Of a DNA stretch of 64,000 nucleotides, positions 14,124-26,822 are shown piece after piece. The position numbers and the translations under genes are program-made. The notes below the pieces were generated by a model. It ran no database searches and was not told the DNA's origin. It saw only the letters and a program-made list of their open reading frames with translations. This DNA is from Octopus vulgaris (lineage: Eukaryota), in the NCBI GenBank assembly GCA_951406725.2, contig OX597818.1, forward strand, positions 113,026,001-113,090,000, written 5' to 3'. Every line of letters begins with the position of its first letter. The first letter of the stretch is position 1.

Positions 14124-16744
14124 ACTGGTAATTTATTTATTTAGCTATTTAAGGCGGTGAGCTGGTAGAATCATTATGTGTCGGAAAAAATCCTGAACGA
14201 TATTTGTTGCGATTCTTTACGTTCCTAGTTCAAAATCCACTTGGGTCGATTTTGCATTTCCTTCTTTCGACTTGGATAAAATATACTAGCAATGATGTTC
14301 AGGGGATGCTAGTATCAATTCACTCTTTTTTTCCTAAAATTTCTTTCCTTTTCCTCTTTTAGTAAGAATTATCATCAACATTATTATCTCTATTAGAATG
14401 ATTGATTGACAGAGACAATAGGCTGCGATATAAAATCACTGCAGCATTCGTTACGCTTTAAAATCGTATAGAGAGTTTTTGTTGCGTTACAATTCACTTT
14501 ATGCCATACATCCTATGCCTTAATGTTCGATACAATTCTTTTAACGGCATATTGTTACAGTATCATGTATGTTCGGCGATATTTCTCTTTTAATTTCCTA
14601 CGCAGTCTTCTTATACATGATTTAGTTCCTTCGTGACTGCATTTCTTACCACCACTTGCACAATTCCAAAGTTATGCTTCAAACATATGTACGTTATTAC
14701 AGTTTTGGTCTTGGTAGTTTTCAAACATATCTCTTTTTTTTTTATTATACCTGAACATGCTTTTTTTATGCAGAATCTTTCCGTTTTTGCTAACGATAAC
14801 ATTGTCTAGTTTCTTGGTTCAATCACTTGGTCATATTAAGTTTTCAAATCCCCTAAATCCTTCATTTTCTTCAACTGCATGCCAACAATCAGCTTTGTTC
14901 AAATCCTGTTTGCTACAGAGCTTCCGGTGAAAGTCACGTGCAATATTACATAAGTCTATTTGCATTCATTTCGTACAGGTTTACTGCATTCACTCATGTG
15001 ATTGGCAATTTCCCCCACTTTTTTTCTCATAAGTATGATTTGCACTTTATTAACGACAGTGAGTTTAACACAGTTTCTTCTAAATATACTTATTTGTGCT
15101 ATGCTATCAACGATTCTGTGGCACCTGCAGTTCTAATTTCCACATTAGCTTCCTTACTCCTAGCTCATTATCACATTTGTTCCTATCTATGAAAACCACT
15201 CTACCCATTCTGTTTCTACTCATAGAGAAGTTGTTTATCATATGTCTTCACATTTCTAAACAAACGTGTATTCATTGTGTTTTCACTCATTTCAGTGGCT
15301 GTGTTTGCTACCTTTCTTTGTCACAGAAGTGTATTTCACATAGTTTCATCTAAGTTTGCTTGTGTTCCACAGATGTGCTCCACTGATCAACGCTTCTGTT
15401 ACACCTATAGTGCAGAATTTCACAACAATTTCTTCAGTCTTTGCTGCTTATCACATTCATTCATTCATATCTCTGAAAATCAGTTCACCCACCCATTGTA
15501 TTTCTACTGATCTGCCTCTTCACATTCTCTGATATTGTTTCTTACCAATGAAAATTACAGTCTCAGCCATATCAACCATCATTGGTTCTGAACTAGTTAT
15601 CCTTACAGCTAATTAGTTGTCCTTACAACTAATCTCCTACAGCAATTTTTGAGAACAGATAAAATCTATTTGATGTCCGTTATCTCTTGTAATATTCCAT
15701 AACTCTTGAGGTGCCATCAATTTCGCGTCTTTCTGTCTAACTTTTGAAGTTCTGCCTTCTTCCCGTTCACGATATTTCATTATTAATATTGCCCATGGGT
15801 TTATTGCTAATATCATATTTGTTCTGTCTCATTGATGTCGACGACTTCTAATATTCTTAAGTATTTATATCCACTCCGTTGACTGTCCTCCATTATTTCA
15901 CCTTTATAAGTATGCCACAGTCACTTATCTTTAATTACAAAATTACAGTATTGCTAAATATATTAATAATTTAAACTAATTTATCTTTCTGATTTACTTT
16001 CTTCCTGAACTCTTAATACAGTTCATATACAAAATTAAGTTGCGTATAATTTGTTTTCCACTTTCATAGTGAAACACTTTCTTTCACGAAATTAATATGG
16101 ATAACACATTTATTTTAGAAGATGGTATTTTGTATTCAAACATCAAAAATCTTTCCTAATACTATTAGTTCAGTCCTTCGTATATGCATAGCTACTGTAA
16201 TATATTTTCTATCAGTTTCAAGATTTTTTCTATCCTAAAATGATATTATATACCTTATATTTTGCTAATGCATAGACCATCTGCACCATCGCTTCTTTCC
16301 TTACGTCATTTTGTCCTTTGTTAATAGGGGGTGGTTTTATTTTCTGTGAATGATAGGAGAACACATCGCACTGAATTTTTTTCCCAATGGACTGAATTTC
16401 CCTATCATTGTGAATTGCATACGCATTTCCTGCAAACATTCCGATAAATAATTTTCATATAACTTGGAAACATGATATAAGAAGTAAGCTATCAAGTGCA
16501 TTCCCTTTGCCTGACCCTTTTGAGCACAAAATGAATTTATCGCATAGCATTGTGAGAGATAACAGTTCTTTAATATTTCAGTAGTTACTGAATATAGCTG
16601 ATGTTGTATTCATGAACGTGTAAATATCACTCCGTTATGTAATATATGATTCTAGTCTTTTATGCGCTTCAGACCAGAGACTGCGGCCATGCTAGAGCAC
16701 CACCCGTGTAATCAACTTTTCCGTAACCCTTCATATACAATTGG

Positions 16745-16990
16745 CTTTTGGTGAAGGAGAGAGTTGACATCGCTGCCCTCTTTTAAGTTTTTTGCCATGA
16801 TGTAGATTCATCTGGGATCTAGAAGACAATTGTTTCTTGAAAACATCTAAAATTTCTCCGTGTAGATCTCTCAGATATTTTGGCAACGTATTAAATAGCT
16901 GTTGGCTCTTTAATCTGAAGTTACTGCAGGACAGGTTCCTCTAGACGGGACAGCTAGGGCCTCTGGAACAGAGCATGCACTTCAGTTTTG
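16745..16990 (-). mobile_element. Decayed CR1-group LINE 3' fragment
   Basis: Minus-strand translation QLFNTLPKYLRDLHGEILDVFKKQL followed by a frameshifted IPDE. Confidence 0.55.
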
Positions 16991-17074
16991 GGTGAGGTGT
17001 TATGCATTTTGAGGCTAAGATCTTTGTTCATTTTTATCTCAGCAATTTCCTGTTTTTTGCCCTAAATATTCGAG

Positions 17075-17283
17075 ACTCTTTTACTCTGCCTTTTACTTGT
17101 TTCAGTCATTAGACTCTGCCACGCTCGGACCGCCTTCAAAATGTATTAGTCGAACAGGTCGAACTCAAGATTTATTCTTTTAAGCATAATACTAACTTTC
17201 TTTTGCTGAACTGCAAAGTTACCAGAGACCTAATCAAACAAAAAAGTAGTGTAATGGGAGACAAACATAGACAGAAATACACA

Positions 17284-17351
<68 letters not shown>

Positions 17352-17545
17352 TACAAATACACACACACATATACATATATATACGACGGGCTTCTTTCAG
17401 TTTCCGTCGAACAGATCCACTCCCAATGCTTTGGTCGGTCCGAAGCTATATAAGAAGATACTTGCCCAAGGTGCCACGCAGTGAGACTGAACTCAGAATT
17501 ATGTACTGTTTGGGATGCAAGCTTCTTACCACGCACCCACTCCAG
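17075..17545 (-). mobile_element. SINE family A, diverged
   Basis: gacgggcttctttcagtttccgtc..cttgcccaaggtgccacgcagtg. Confidence 0.8.
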
Positions 17546-17899
17546 TCTCTCTACTTTTTTATATTTGTTCTATTTGGTTCTTTATTTGTAATAATAAATA
17601 TCTTTTTCCTTTTTAAATTCATGTTCGATCTTTAACCTTTCTCAAATTATTCAAGACATTATTGTTATTTTTATTCTTGCGAATGACAACATTTTGCCAG
17701 TTATTTAAATATTCTTTAACTTTTCTGAAATGAAGTTTGCAATGTTTTTAACGGTGTCGCTTAGATGGACTATTTTAGTTAGATTTAAATTTAGAAATAA
17801 ATTACATCTACTGTTTATAAATATCCATTACCATTTCACGTAACCGTATCACTCTGCTATTTGGTTCTCTCTCTTTAAAATGTTCAGTAGAATCGCTGC

Positions 17900-18023
17900 C
17901 TATATATATATAAGGATATATATATATATAAGGATATATATATATATATAAGGATATATATATATAAGGATATATATATAAGGATAAATATATATATATA
18001 TACGGATATATATATATATATAA

Positions 18024-18061
<38 letters not shown>

Positions 18062-18064
18062 TTA
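17900..18064. repeat. Compound minisatellite [AAGG(AT)n] x ~7
   Basis: Repeated taaggatatatat units; ends with an inverted atcctta. Confidence 0.85.
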
Positions 18065-19484
18065 AAATGATGCTTGTTGAGAGTTTCGTTAATATAATTT
18101 TATATCTTAACGAAATATATGTCGTTTGATGGGAATCTTTTCATTTAAGTATATGCATTTATTACACACCACTTTCATTTTAGTGCAACCATGCCTTATT
18201 GTTGCTGGAAATTAGTGTATATCGTTTGGTAATAAGTCGAAAAAAGAGTCCTGTCGCAAACACTCTGAGGGTATTTTTTTTTAACATTCATGGTAAATTA
18301 AGCTTTTGTTTCTTATTCTTGTTTATAACACAACGGTATATGACCGAGTCACTTGGGAAGAGGTTATGGAACACGTTTTGTTTGAACCCCCTTGCTACGG
18401 TTGACTAACATTTGATTTGTGTAAGATTGTTTACAGGAGAAAAGCTTTGAATTGAGAAGTGGTTAAAAGTAGTATATAGAGTGTTTCCTTACCCCTGAAA
18501 CCTTACGAATTTTGCGCTCGAGGAATGAACAATTTGTTAAATAGATGATATTATGTTACCAATATTAAGGAGAAATTTTATCTTGATTCAAAATATCATT
18601 TAACACGAAAGAAGTATTTGTTACTTTCTCATCGTGAAATGTCACGTTACTTTCTTTTAAAACATTATAAAATTACTCAAATATATTTAGAGTTCTTAAT
18701 GTTATTCATGGAAGTTGTATTTAATGTATATTAAATCATTTCCTGTATTATCTCTGGGAAAATGTGTCCATAAATATTTATTTATATTAGAGTACAAACA
18801 AACTAACCTTCAGAAATTATATGACTATTGTATCATTTGTCTTCTGCAGTTAAAAACTCTTTGCGTCATTACTTACTGCAAGTCTTCACATTTGTGCTGA
18901 CATTTGTATCGAATTAAATTAACCCCAGAATATTATTTGCAATTGTTATATTTATCCAAAACTTCTAAAAACTGTATGTTGATCTCCACATAACTTCGAC
19001 TCAGCAATTTATGAACGTCGACAAATGCCAATTGATAATATAATATTTCACCTACGTCACCTGTCTTTGATCATGTTATAGGTTATCATCATCATCAGAG
19101 CAAATATGATATTTTCTTTTGGTGTTTTACAAACTGGCGCCATCTCACTATAAACGAGAAAACGTGGGTAGTTTTGTATAGGTATAATTATACATAATTG
19201 ACAGCACTTGAATCAGTAGAATGGAAGAGGGTAACGTAATATGAAACATAACAATCTATTAATACCATTTGTAGTGTATTCATAATGTAATTCGACAATG
19301 CAATGCTTAGACACAGAGCTGGAGTATATGAATAGATGAGGTAAATGTAGACAACAGAAATCAAAATATTTTGTATAATATTCTCATAGAAATATATTTC
19401 CGCAAACATTGAATAAATTAAGTGGGAAGGGATTTTGTAACTTTATGTATCTGGAAATAATCTTTCATTATTTGTTACCATTAT

Positions 19485-19552
<68 letters not shown>

Positions 19553-19601
19553 AAACAAGTCAAAAATAGAAAATGCTAAAATAATTTTATAGTGAACATT
19601 T

Positions 19602-19639
19602 CAGTACCGGTTTCGGTCATTTTGAGACCTTTTCAACTG
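19602..19639 (-). ncRNA. Minimal type I hammerhead ribozyme, U3:A8 core variant
   Basis: cag-TTGAAAA-ggtc tcaaaat gacc-GAAA-ccgg-TA-ctg. Confidence 0.75.
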
Positions 19640-19997
19640 TAACGATTAAATAATTAAATTTAGAAAAATTAGAAGAAAAGTTTTTTTAAAGGAATATTTC
19701 TATAGTAGTGTTCAGATATAAGTGGCATTCTGCCTTTCTCTGACTCCCTTGTTTGCACTTGTGTGTTCGAGGTCGTTGTGAGTTCTTGGTAGGGTAGTAG
19801 AGGAAGAGGGCTGGTGAGGAAAGGGGGTGGGAGAATCTGGGAGTGCCCTGATGGTCGTATTTTGAATGGTCAGTGGCGGCTGGCAGTCTCAGTTCAATTC
19901 AGGAGAATATTTATATTGACAGGCTTGTTTATAGAATTAGCGTAGGTGTTATACTAAAAAACATTAGTGACAAAGTTAAGGGGTAGGGGGTGGAGAA

Positions 19998-20234
19998 GTA
20001 GAAGAAGAAGAAGAAGAAGAAGAAGAAGAAGAAGAAGAAGAAGAAGGAGAAGGAGAAGATGACGATGATGGTGATGGTGGTGATGATTATGACGACGATG
20101 ATGATGATAATGATGATGATGAAGAAGAAGAAGAAGAAGAAGAAGAAGAAGAAGAAGAAGGAGGAGAAGGAGAAGATGGTGGTGATGATGGTGGTGATGA
20201 TGATGACGACGATGATGATGATAATGATGATGAT

Positions 20235-20267
<33 letters not shown>

Positions 20268-20275
20268 AAAAACAG
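19998..20275. repeat. Compound (GAA)n/(GAT)n tract, duplicated, inside the PLE 3' UTR
   Basis: Read directly from the sequence. Confidence 0.9.
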
Positions 20276-20397
20276 AGAAGGGAGAATATGAATGGGTGTA
20301 AATATAGCTATGAAGGGGCTGATTAGTAATGGATTCTATGGAGTGTAATATTTGTGTGTGTATATATATTTTTCTTTTATTCTAAAGTTGAGGTATA

Positions 20398-21764
20398 TTA
20401 ATTGTTTGTCGTAGACCCGTTAAGAAGTGGCTTGTATTTTGTAATAAAGAGATTTTCTTTACTTATTCGTTGTCTCGAGGTTGTATCGTCCCTAAATTGG
20501 TAGAGGGGAAAATTCTGAAGTTTGGTGTTTTTTTGTTGGCGCAAGTATCTATGTGTTGGCTAAAAGCTATTTTTCTGTTTTGGGGAATTTTTATCTGGGA
20601 TCTGTGCAGGGCCATTCGTTTACGCAAACCATTTTTTGTTTGGCCTATGTACTGCTCTTGACACCCGGAGCAGGTTAGTGAGTATATTAGGTTCTCCGAA
20701 GCACATGTGAAGTTGCTTTTCACTGTAAACCGTTGTCCCTGTTTGAAGGAGAACTCTGATCCCTCAATAAGATAGTCGCATATCCCGCAATTGGGTCTTC
20801 CACATTTTTTTACTGTCGGCTTCTGTGTTGAAGAGTGAATTCGGGCTTGTGTAAGGAGACTTTTCATGGATCTAGGCTGTCTTTTGCTTTTTATGATCGT
20901 GTGTGTTTGGAGGATTGTGTTCATTCTGTGGTCTTTTTTTAGGAGGGGTATGTTGTGGAGGATGGTGTCGAAGGCTTCGTTATTGAGAGGGTTGTGTGTG
21001 GAGATGTATGGTAAGGCTTTTGGTTGTAAGTTTTTCTTGGATTTGGGATGTCTCAGTTCCTTGATGTTAAGTTGAACGGCACGTTGAATGCACTTGTCAA
21101 TAAGTGAAGGTGGATAGTTCCTGGTGATTAGGGTATCTTTTAGTTCTTGTAGTCGTGTGTCTCTGGTGTTTGCGTTAGAGACTATAGTGCATATCCTTTT
21201 TGCTAGATTGAAGGGGATATTCATCCTGGTGTGTCTGGGGTGGCATGAATTGAATGGAAGATATTGCTTAGAGTCTGTAGGCTTATAGTATATGTCTGTT
21301 TCTATTATATTATTAGCTTTCTTAATGAGGATATCGAGGAAGGGGAGTTGTTGTTGGCTATATTCCATCGTGAATTGGATGTTTACGTCCAGTCCGTTTA
21401 AAATTTTCTGGAATTCTATGAGTTTTTCTATATTTTTATGCCAAAGGATGAAACAGTCATCTAGATATCTCTTCCAGTTGTTTTCTATGTAGATGGAGAA
21501 AGGGCTGCCATATCTTTCTAGAACCTTACGATACAGACTGATCTCTAGGTATCCTATGACTAGGTTGGCAAAGGAGGGGGCCATTCGTGTACCCATCGCA
21601 GTCCCCGATTTTTGTCGGTAGAAGTTGTCATTGAAGGCGAAGAAGTTATTTTCCAGGATGAATTTAACCCCTTCTATCACAAATTCTTTTTTGATGCGGT
21701 GTGGTAGTTCGTTGGCGTGATTCTCTAGCCAGAATTGGATTGCCTCTAGTCCTAGGTTGTGGGA

Positions 21765-21766
<2 letters not shown>
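20398..21766 (-). pseudogene. PLE reverse transcriptase / GIY-YIG endonuclease, N-terminally truncated, one frameshift near 20505
   Basis: [56 protein letters not shown]; after the frameshift YQF..KENLFITKYKPLLN..stop at 20398. The N-terminal part of the 511-aa track ORF is microsatellite. Confidence 0.92.
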
Positions 21767-21839
<73 letters not shown>

Positions 21840-21847
<8 letters not shown>

Positions 21848-22125
21848 TATATCTATATACATATATATATACACATATACATATATATTTATATATATAT
21901 ACATAGATATATATATATATTTGGGTGTGAGTGTGTATATATATAGATGTTTGCATACATATACATAAACATATGCACGTATGTGTGTATATATACATAT
22001 ATATATGTGTGTGTGTGTTTATGCCTGTCTGTCTCTGTGTATATGTGTCTATATATATTTATATATATATATATACAATATATATATACACACACACACA
22101 CACACTCTCTCTCTCTATCTCTCTA

Positions 22126-22209
<84 letters not shown>

Positions 22210-22477
22210 CATATATATATACACATATACATATATATTTATATATATATACATAGATATATATATATATATTTGGGTGTGAGTGTGTATATATATAGAT
22301 GTTTGCATACATATACATAAACATATGCACGTATGTGTGTATATATACATATATATATGTGTGTGTGTGTTTATGCCTGTCTGTCTCTGTGTATATGTGT
22401 CTATATATATTTATATATATATATATATACAATATATATACACACACACGCACACACTCTCTCTCTCTATCTCTCTA

Positions 22478-22516
<39 letters not shown>
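21840..22516. repeat. Tandem duplication of a ~350 bp low-complexity unit (2 copies)
   Basis: ttgggtgtgagtgtg..gatgtttgcatac..atgcctgtctgtctctgtg at about 21921 and about 22273. Confidence 0.9.
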
Positions 22517-22520
<4 letters not shown>

Positions 22521-22910
22521 GTGCAGTGACGTGGATGTGTTATTTCAAACAGGTGTGCAATTTCCTTTACCTGTCATAATAAAAGAGGCATTACGCAAAG
22601 AATAGTAATAAATAACATCTCAGTTATAAATTATTGAAGAGAATTCTTGAATAATATAATCGCACGTCAACAGAAATGCATTGCTAATACTTCTCAAGAC
22701 CAATTGACATTGAATGGAGAAGCAAATTTTCCTCACTGGATATGATAAAATACAAAACATAAAGCGATTGCAAAATATTTCAGGATATAAGCGAAATTTT
22801 CTATAACATATATGCACACACACACATAGGTATATGTGCGTATTTACAAGTATAAGTACATACATACATGTGTGTGTGTATACACACGCACACACACACA
22901 CACACACACG

Positions 22911-22978
<68 letters not shown>

Positions 22979-23199
22979 CTTATATTTGGTGTCGCTGGAA
23001 TTTTGATTCTACATTTATCAACACCATGTGATTAAACTTAGTCAATAACTCCGCATTTTCCTGTAGCCAGCTTCGACTTCCTGCACTTCTCAATAAGGCT
23101 AGCTGGCTCAGTGAGCCAGGGTTCTTTACGACACCAACCTACCGTTAAGTTCCATGGGGTCAAATCCAATATTAAACAACAATAAAGATGATGATGCTG

Positions 23200-23217
23200 A
23201 GAATAATAATAATAATG

Positions 23218-23256
<39 letters not shown>

Positions 23257-23277
23257 TTAATAATGATAATAATAATA

Positions 23278-23308
<31 letters not shown>

Positions 23309-23347
23309 TAATAATGATAATAATTATTATTATTATTATTATTATTA

Positions 23348-23381
<34 letters not shown>

Positions 23382-23386
23382 CATCC

Positions 23387-23417
<31 letters not shown>

Positions 23418-23422
23418 CATCC

Positions 23423-23465
<43 letters not shown>
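23200..23465. repeat. (AAT)n directly followed by (TAT)n, a fold-back microsatellite
   Basis: Strand switch at about 23323. Confidence 0.9.
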
Positions 23466-23687
23466 GACGATTATGAGGAGAAAGAGGAGGAAGAAGAGGA
23501 AAATGAGGAGGAGGAGGTCCGCAGCGAATAACATATATGACGGACGTGTACGGGTGAGGTCCGTGCGAAGTTGGATGAAATACGTGATAATCGGCTAACA
23601 GGATTTATGAAACAGCAAAAATATGAAAGACCTAATGCCTCACATTAAGTACATAATTCAACTGATTCTTAATTATATCTATCTATC

Positions 23688-23730
<43 letters not shown>

Positions 23731-23734
<4 letters not shown>

Positions 23735-23880
23735 AGATCGTTAGCCACTACACACATTTTTTCTCCTTGTTTTTCCTGTGTTCCTTTCTGTAGAAGAGCG
23801 TAGGCTCGAAACGGAAAATACTTTTTCTATTCCTGAGCGTTATACTAATATATCTGTTTGTTTTGTACACCACCTGCCTC
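23731..23880 (+). mobile_element. Short non-coding repeat with an HHR-like relic
   Basis: ttt-CTGTAGA-a-gagc gtag gctc-GAAA-cg-ga-aaa; 3' part resembles 41600-41685; preceded by (TA)n. Confidence 0.45.
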
Positions 23881-23926
23881 ACATTAAGTACATAATTCAA
23901 CTGATTCTTAATTATATCTATCTATC

Positions 23927-24041
<115 letters not shown>

Positions 24042-24901
24042 CTATGTATGTATGTATGTATGTATGTATGTATGTATGTATGTATATACACATATATACA
24101 TGTATGCATGCTTACGTACACATACACATGTGTGTGCACAGTCAATTACAGGATCTCTGTCTGTGGATTTCACCTAATTCTCTCTTAAGCGTCTTTTTAA
24201 ATTCAAGTACATACTCCCTTGAAGATCATAGTTATTCTTACCATTATCACCACAAGCAGCAACATCATCATGTTCACTAGCGTCGCCGCCATCATCACCA
24301 ACAGCAACAGCAACGCCGTTTTCATCATATTTGTAGACATGCGAATCTTTTAAATGCATCATATTTGTAGACATGCGAATCTTTTAAATGTAACATATTA
24401 CTCTCTAACTGAAATGATGAGTAAAAGAAATATCAAACAAAATCACAATAATGCAATGTGTAATGTAGAGTTTAAAACCAAATTACGATTCTTACAGCGA
24501 GTCGTCTTACTTCACCTTATATAACCAATATCTCTTGTATATTTATCGGTAGCTGCCATCTTACGTGAGCTGCGCTACAATTTCTTGAATGCACTATTGA
24601 CATGTTCGATAAAGTGAGTGCAAGTTATACAGCGCGGTCGATTTAATCAATAATACCAATCTTCAAGAAATGTGTGACGTGTATTCATATAAGAAATCAA
24701 TGTGTACCATAGATATGTTATGTAACGCCATGGTTGCAAAGGAGATGTTTTCCAATCTATAACCTCTGTACAGTTATTTAACATAAATTATTTCACATGA
24801 ATGGGTATTAATTATTTGTTACAATAAATGTTAAATAGAACGTCAAAAGGACGCTCCGAGGTCAACTCCACTACGTGACATCTTCGCATGTATATATTTA
24901 A

Positions 24902-24935
<34 letters not shown>

Positions 24936-24937
<2 letters not shown>

Positions 24938-25452
24938 TGATAAATTTAGGAAGGACTTGATAAAAATATTTAAGGATTTCGGCCTGTTCGTAACGATTAC
25001 CAACAACTGGACTACGGTCGATTTCTTGAACGTAACCTTAGACCTGAATAAGAGCAAGTATTGTTCGTACAAGAAGCCTAACAGGGAAACAATATACATC
25101 CACGAGGGTTTAACCCATCTCTCCGCTGTAAATAAAAACCAGGTTTCAGGCATTAGTAAGAGACTCTCTGATCAGCCAATAGAAAGGCATTTAACAAGGC
25201 CTCCCGACTACAACGATGCTTTGGCTAGAAGCGGGTTTCCCGAGAAGCTCACGTACGTGGATCACCCCCAAGCAACTTCTTCTCTCACGAAAAGGATTGG
25301 AAAAAGGAAAATTATATCATATAACTCTCCTTTCAATTTAGAAGTTTCTTCTAACGTGGCTTGAGGTTTCCTGTCGTTAATTAAGAAACACTACCCCAGA
25401 AGCCACAAGTATTACAAACTCTTCACCCCAAAATTATCAAGTGTGTGTCCAA

Positions 25453-25455
<3 letters not shown>
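24936..25455 (+). pseudogene. PLE RT thumb/linker fragment (second lineage) bounded by (TA)n
   Basis: KDLIKIFKDFGL..VDFLNVTLDL..YKKPN..YNDALARSGF..RKIISYNSPFNLEVSSNV, then FLSLIKKHYP. Confidence 0.8.
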
Positions 25456-25517
<62 letters not shown>

Positions 25518-25519
<2 letters not shown>

Positions 25520-25913
25520 TCTTTTACTCTTTTACTCTTTTACTTGTTTCAGTCATTTGACTGCGGCCATGCTGGAGCACCACCTTTTAATCGAGCAAAT
25601 CGAACCCGGGACTTATTCTTTTGTAAGCCCAGTACTTATTCTATCGGTCTCTTTTGCCGAACCGCTAAGTAACGGGTACATAAACACACCAGCATCGGTT
25701 GTCAAGCAATGCTTGGGGGACAAACACACGCACGCATATATATATGTACATATATACGACGGGCTTCTTTCAGTTTCCGTCTACCAAATCCACTCACAAG
25801 GCTTTGGTCGGCCCGAGACTATAGTAGAAGACACTTGCCCAAGGTGCCACGCAGTGGGACTGAACCCGGAACCATGTGGTTGGTAAACAAGCTACTTACC
25901 ACACAGCCACTCC
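25518..25913 (-). mobile_element. SINE family A, near-intact
   Basis: Complete reverse-complement match including the (cttttact)n tail. Confidence 0.9.
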
Positions 25914-25933
25914 TATATATATATGTGTGTATG

Positions 25934-26077
<144 letters not shown>

Positions 26078-26430
26078 CATTTGACAACTGGTGTAGGTGT
26101 GTTTATGTCCGCGTAACATAGATGTTCGGCAAAAGAAACCGATAAATTTGAAATCCATGCTTAAAAAGTACAAAAAAATAAGTACTGAAGTTTATCCCTT
26201 CGACTAAGATTATTCAAGGCGGTGCCCCAGCATGGTCACAATTTAACGACTGAAGCAGGTAAACGGTAAAAGATGAACATAATAGATTTGAAAATGAATT
26301 GATGAGAATGTTTATTGAAATCATAGAGAAGACCTGATTGCAAAGAAACACTCGACGTTAGCTGGCTGCTGATTATTTGATTTCATAATGAATTTTCTAT
26401 ATTAACACAAAATTAAAATTTTAGCAGAAA

Positions 26431-26822
26431 TCTCTATAAATATAAAGGTGAAGTTGTCTGTGTATGGCAGGTTTGGTAGCCTTCAACTAACACTATCTCC
26501 TCCGAGACCCTGCGGCGCAATTTAACCGAAATTGAGAGTATGATAGAAGAAGGCTTGCTCTCCCTTCCGTAGAAGAAAATATTCAAATCGGACCATGTTA
26601 ACACCAAAAATTATTTACATCAAAAAGGTGCTTTTTTTTATGAAAATCCCTATATTTTACGATGTTTTTATTGCTGTGTCACCATTTTTCGATGTATTTT
26701 AACCAGAAAAAATGTTCACTTAAAGAGAATAACAAGCTACATAATGCAAAAGTTTTACTTTTCAAAAATTCTAATTCTAAAGGGTCGAAACAAACCCGAG
26801 CAACGCCGGGCGATAATGCTAG
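26431..26822 (+). mobile_element. Non-autonomous Helitron-like element, full length (~390 bp)
   Basis: 5' TC after A; subterminal hairpin cccg..cggg; 3' CTAG before T; no TSD; related copies at 8727 and 50330. Confidence 0.75.

Larger units (their letters stand above)
19549..21766 (-). mobile_element. 5'-truncated Penelope-like element (Neptune-like, family 1) within (TA)n
   Basis: RT, Cys linker and C-terminal GIY-YIG, then 3' UTR/pLTR with HHR; pure (TA)n on both sides. Confidence 0.92.

Noticed and set aside
16485-16540. P-loop-like peptide KGSGKG on the minus strand
   Set aside because: It does not fit GxxxxGK[ST] and a stop follows shortly.
20059-20301. Met/Lys-rich ORF, and similar poly-I, poly-N, poly-V, YI and HT ORFs throughout
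   Set aside because: These are microsatellite translations with no coding evidence.
21767-21998. N-terminal extension of the 511-aa ORF (YIYIYI..)
   Set aside because: It is a translation of the flanking (TA)n, not part of the PLE protein.
24323-24390. 34 bp perfect tandem duplication
   Set aside because: An ordinary slippage duplication with no spacers; not CRISPR-like.
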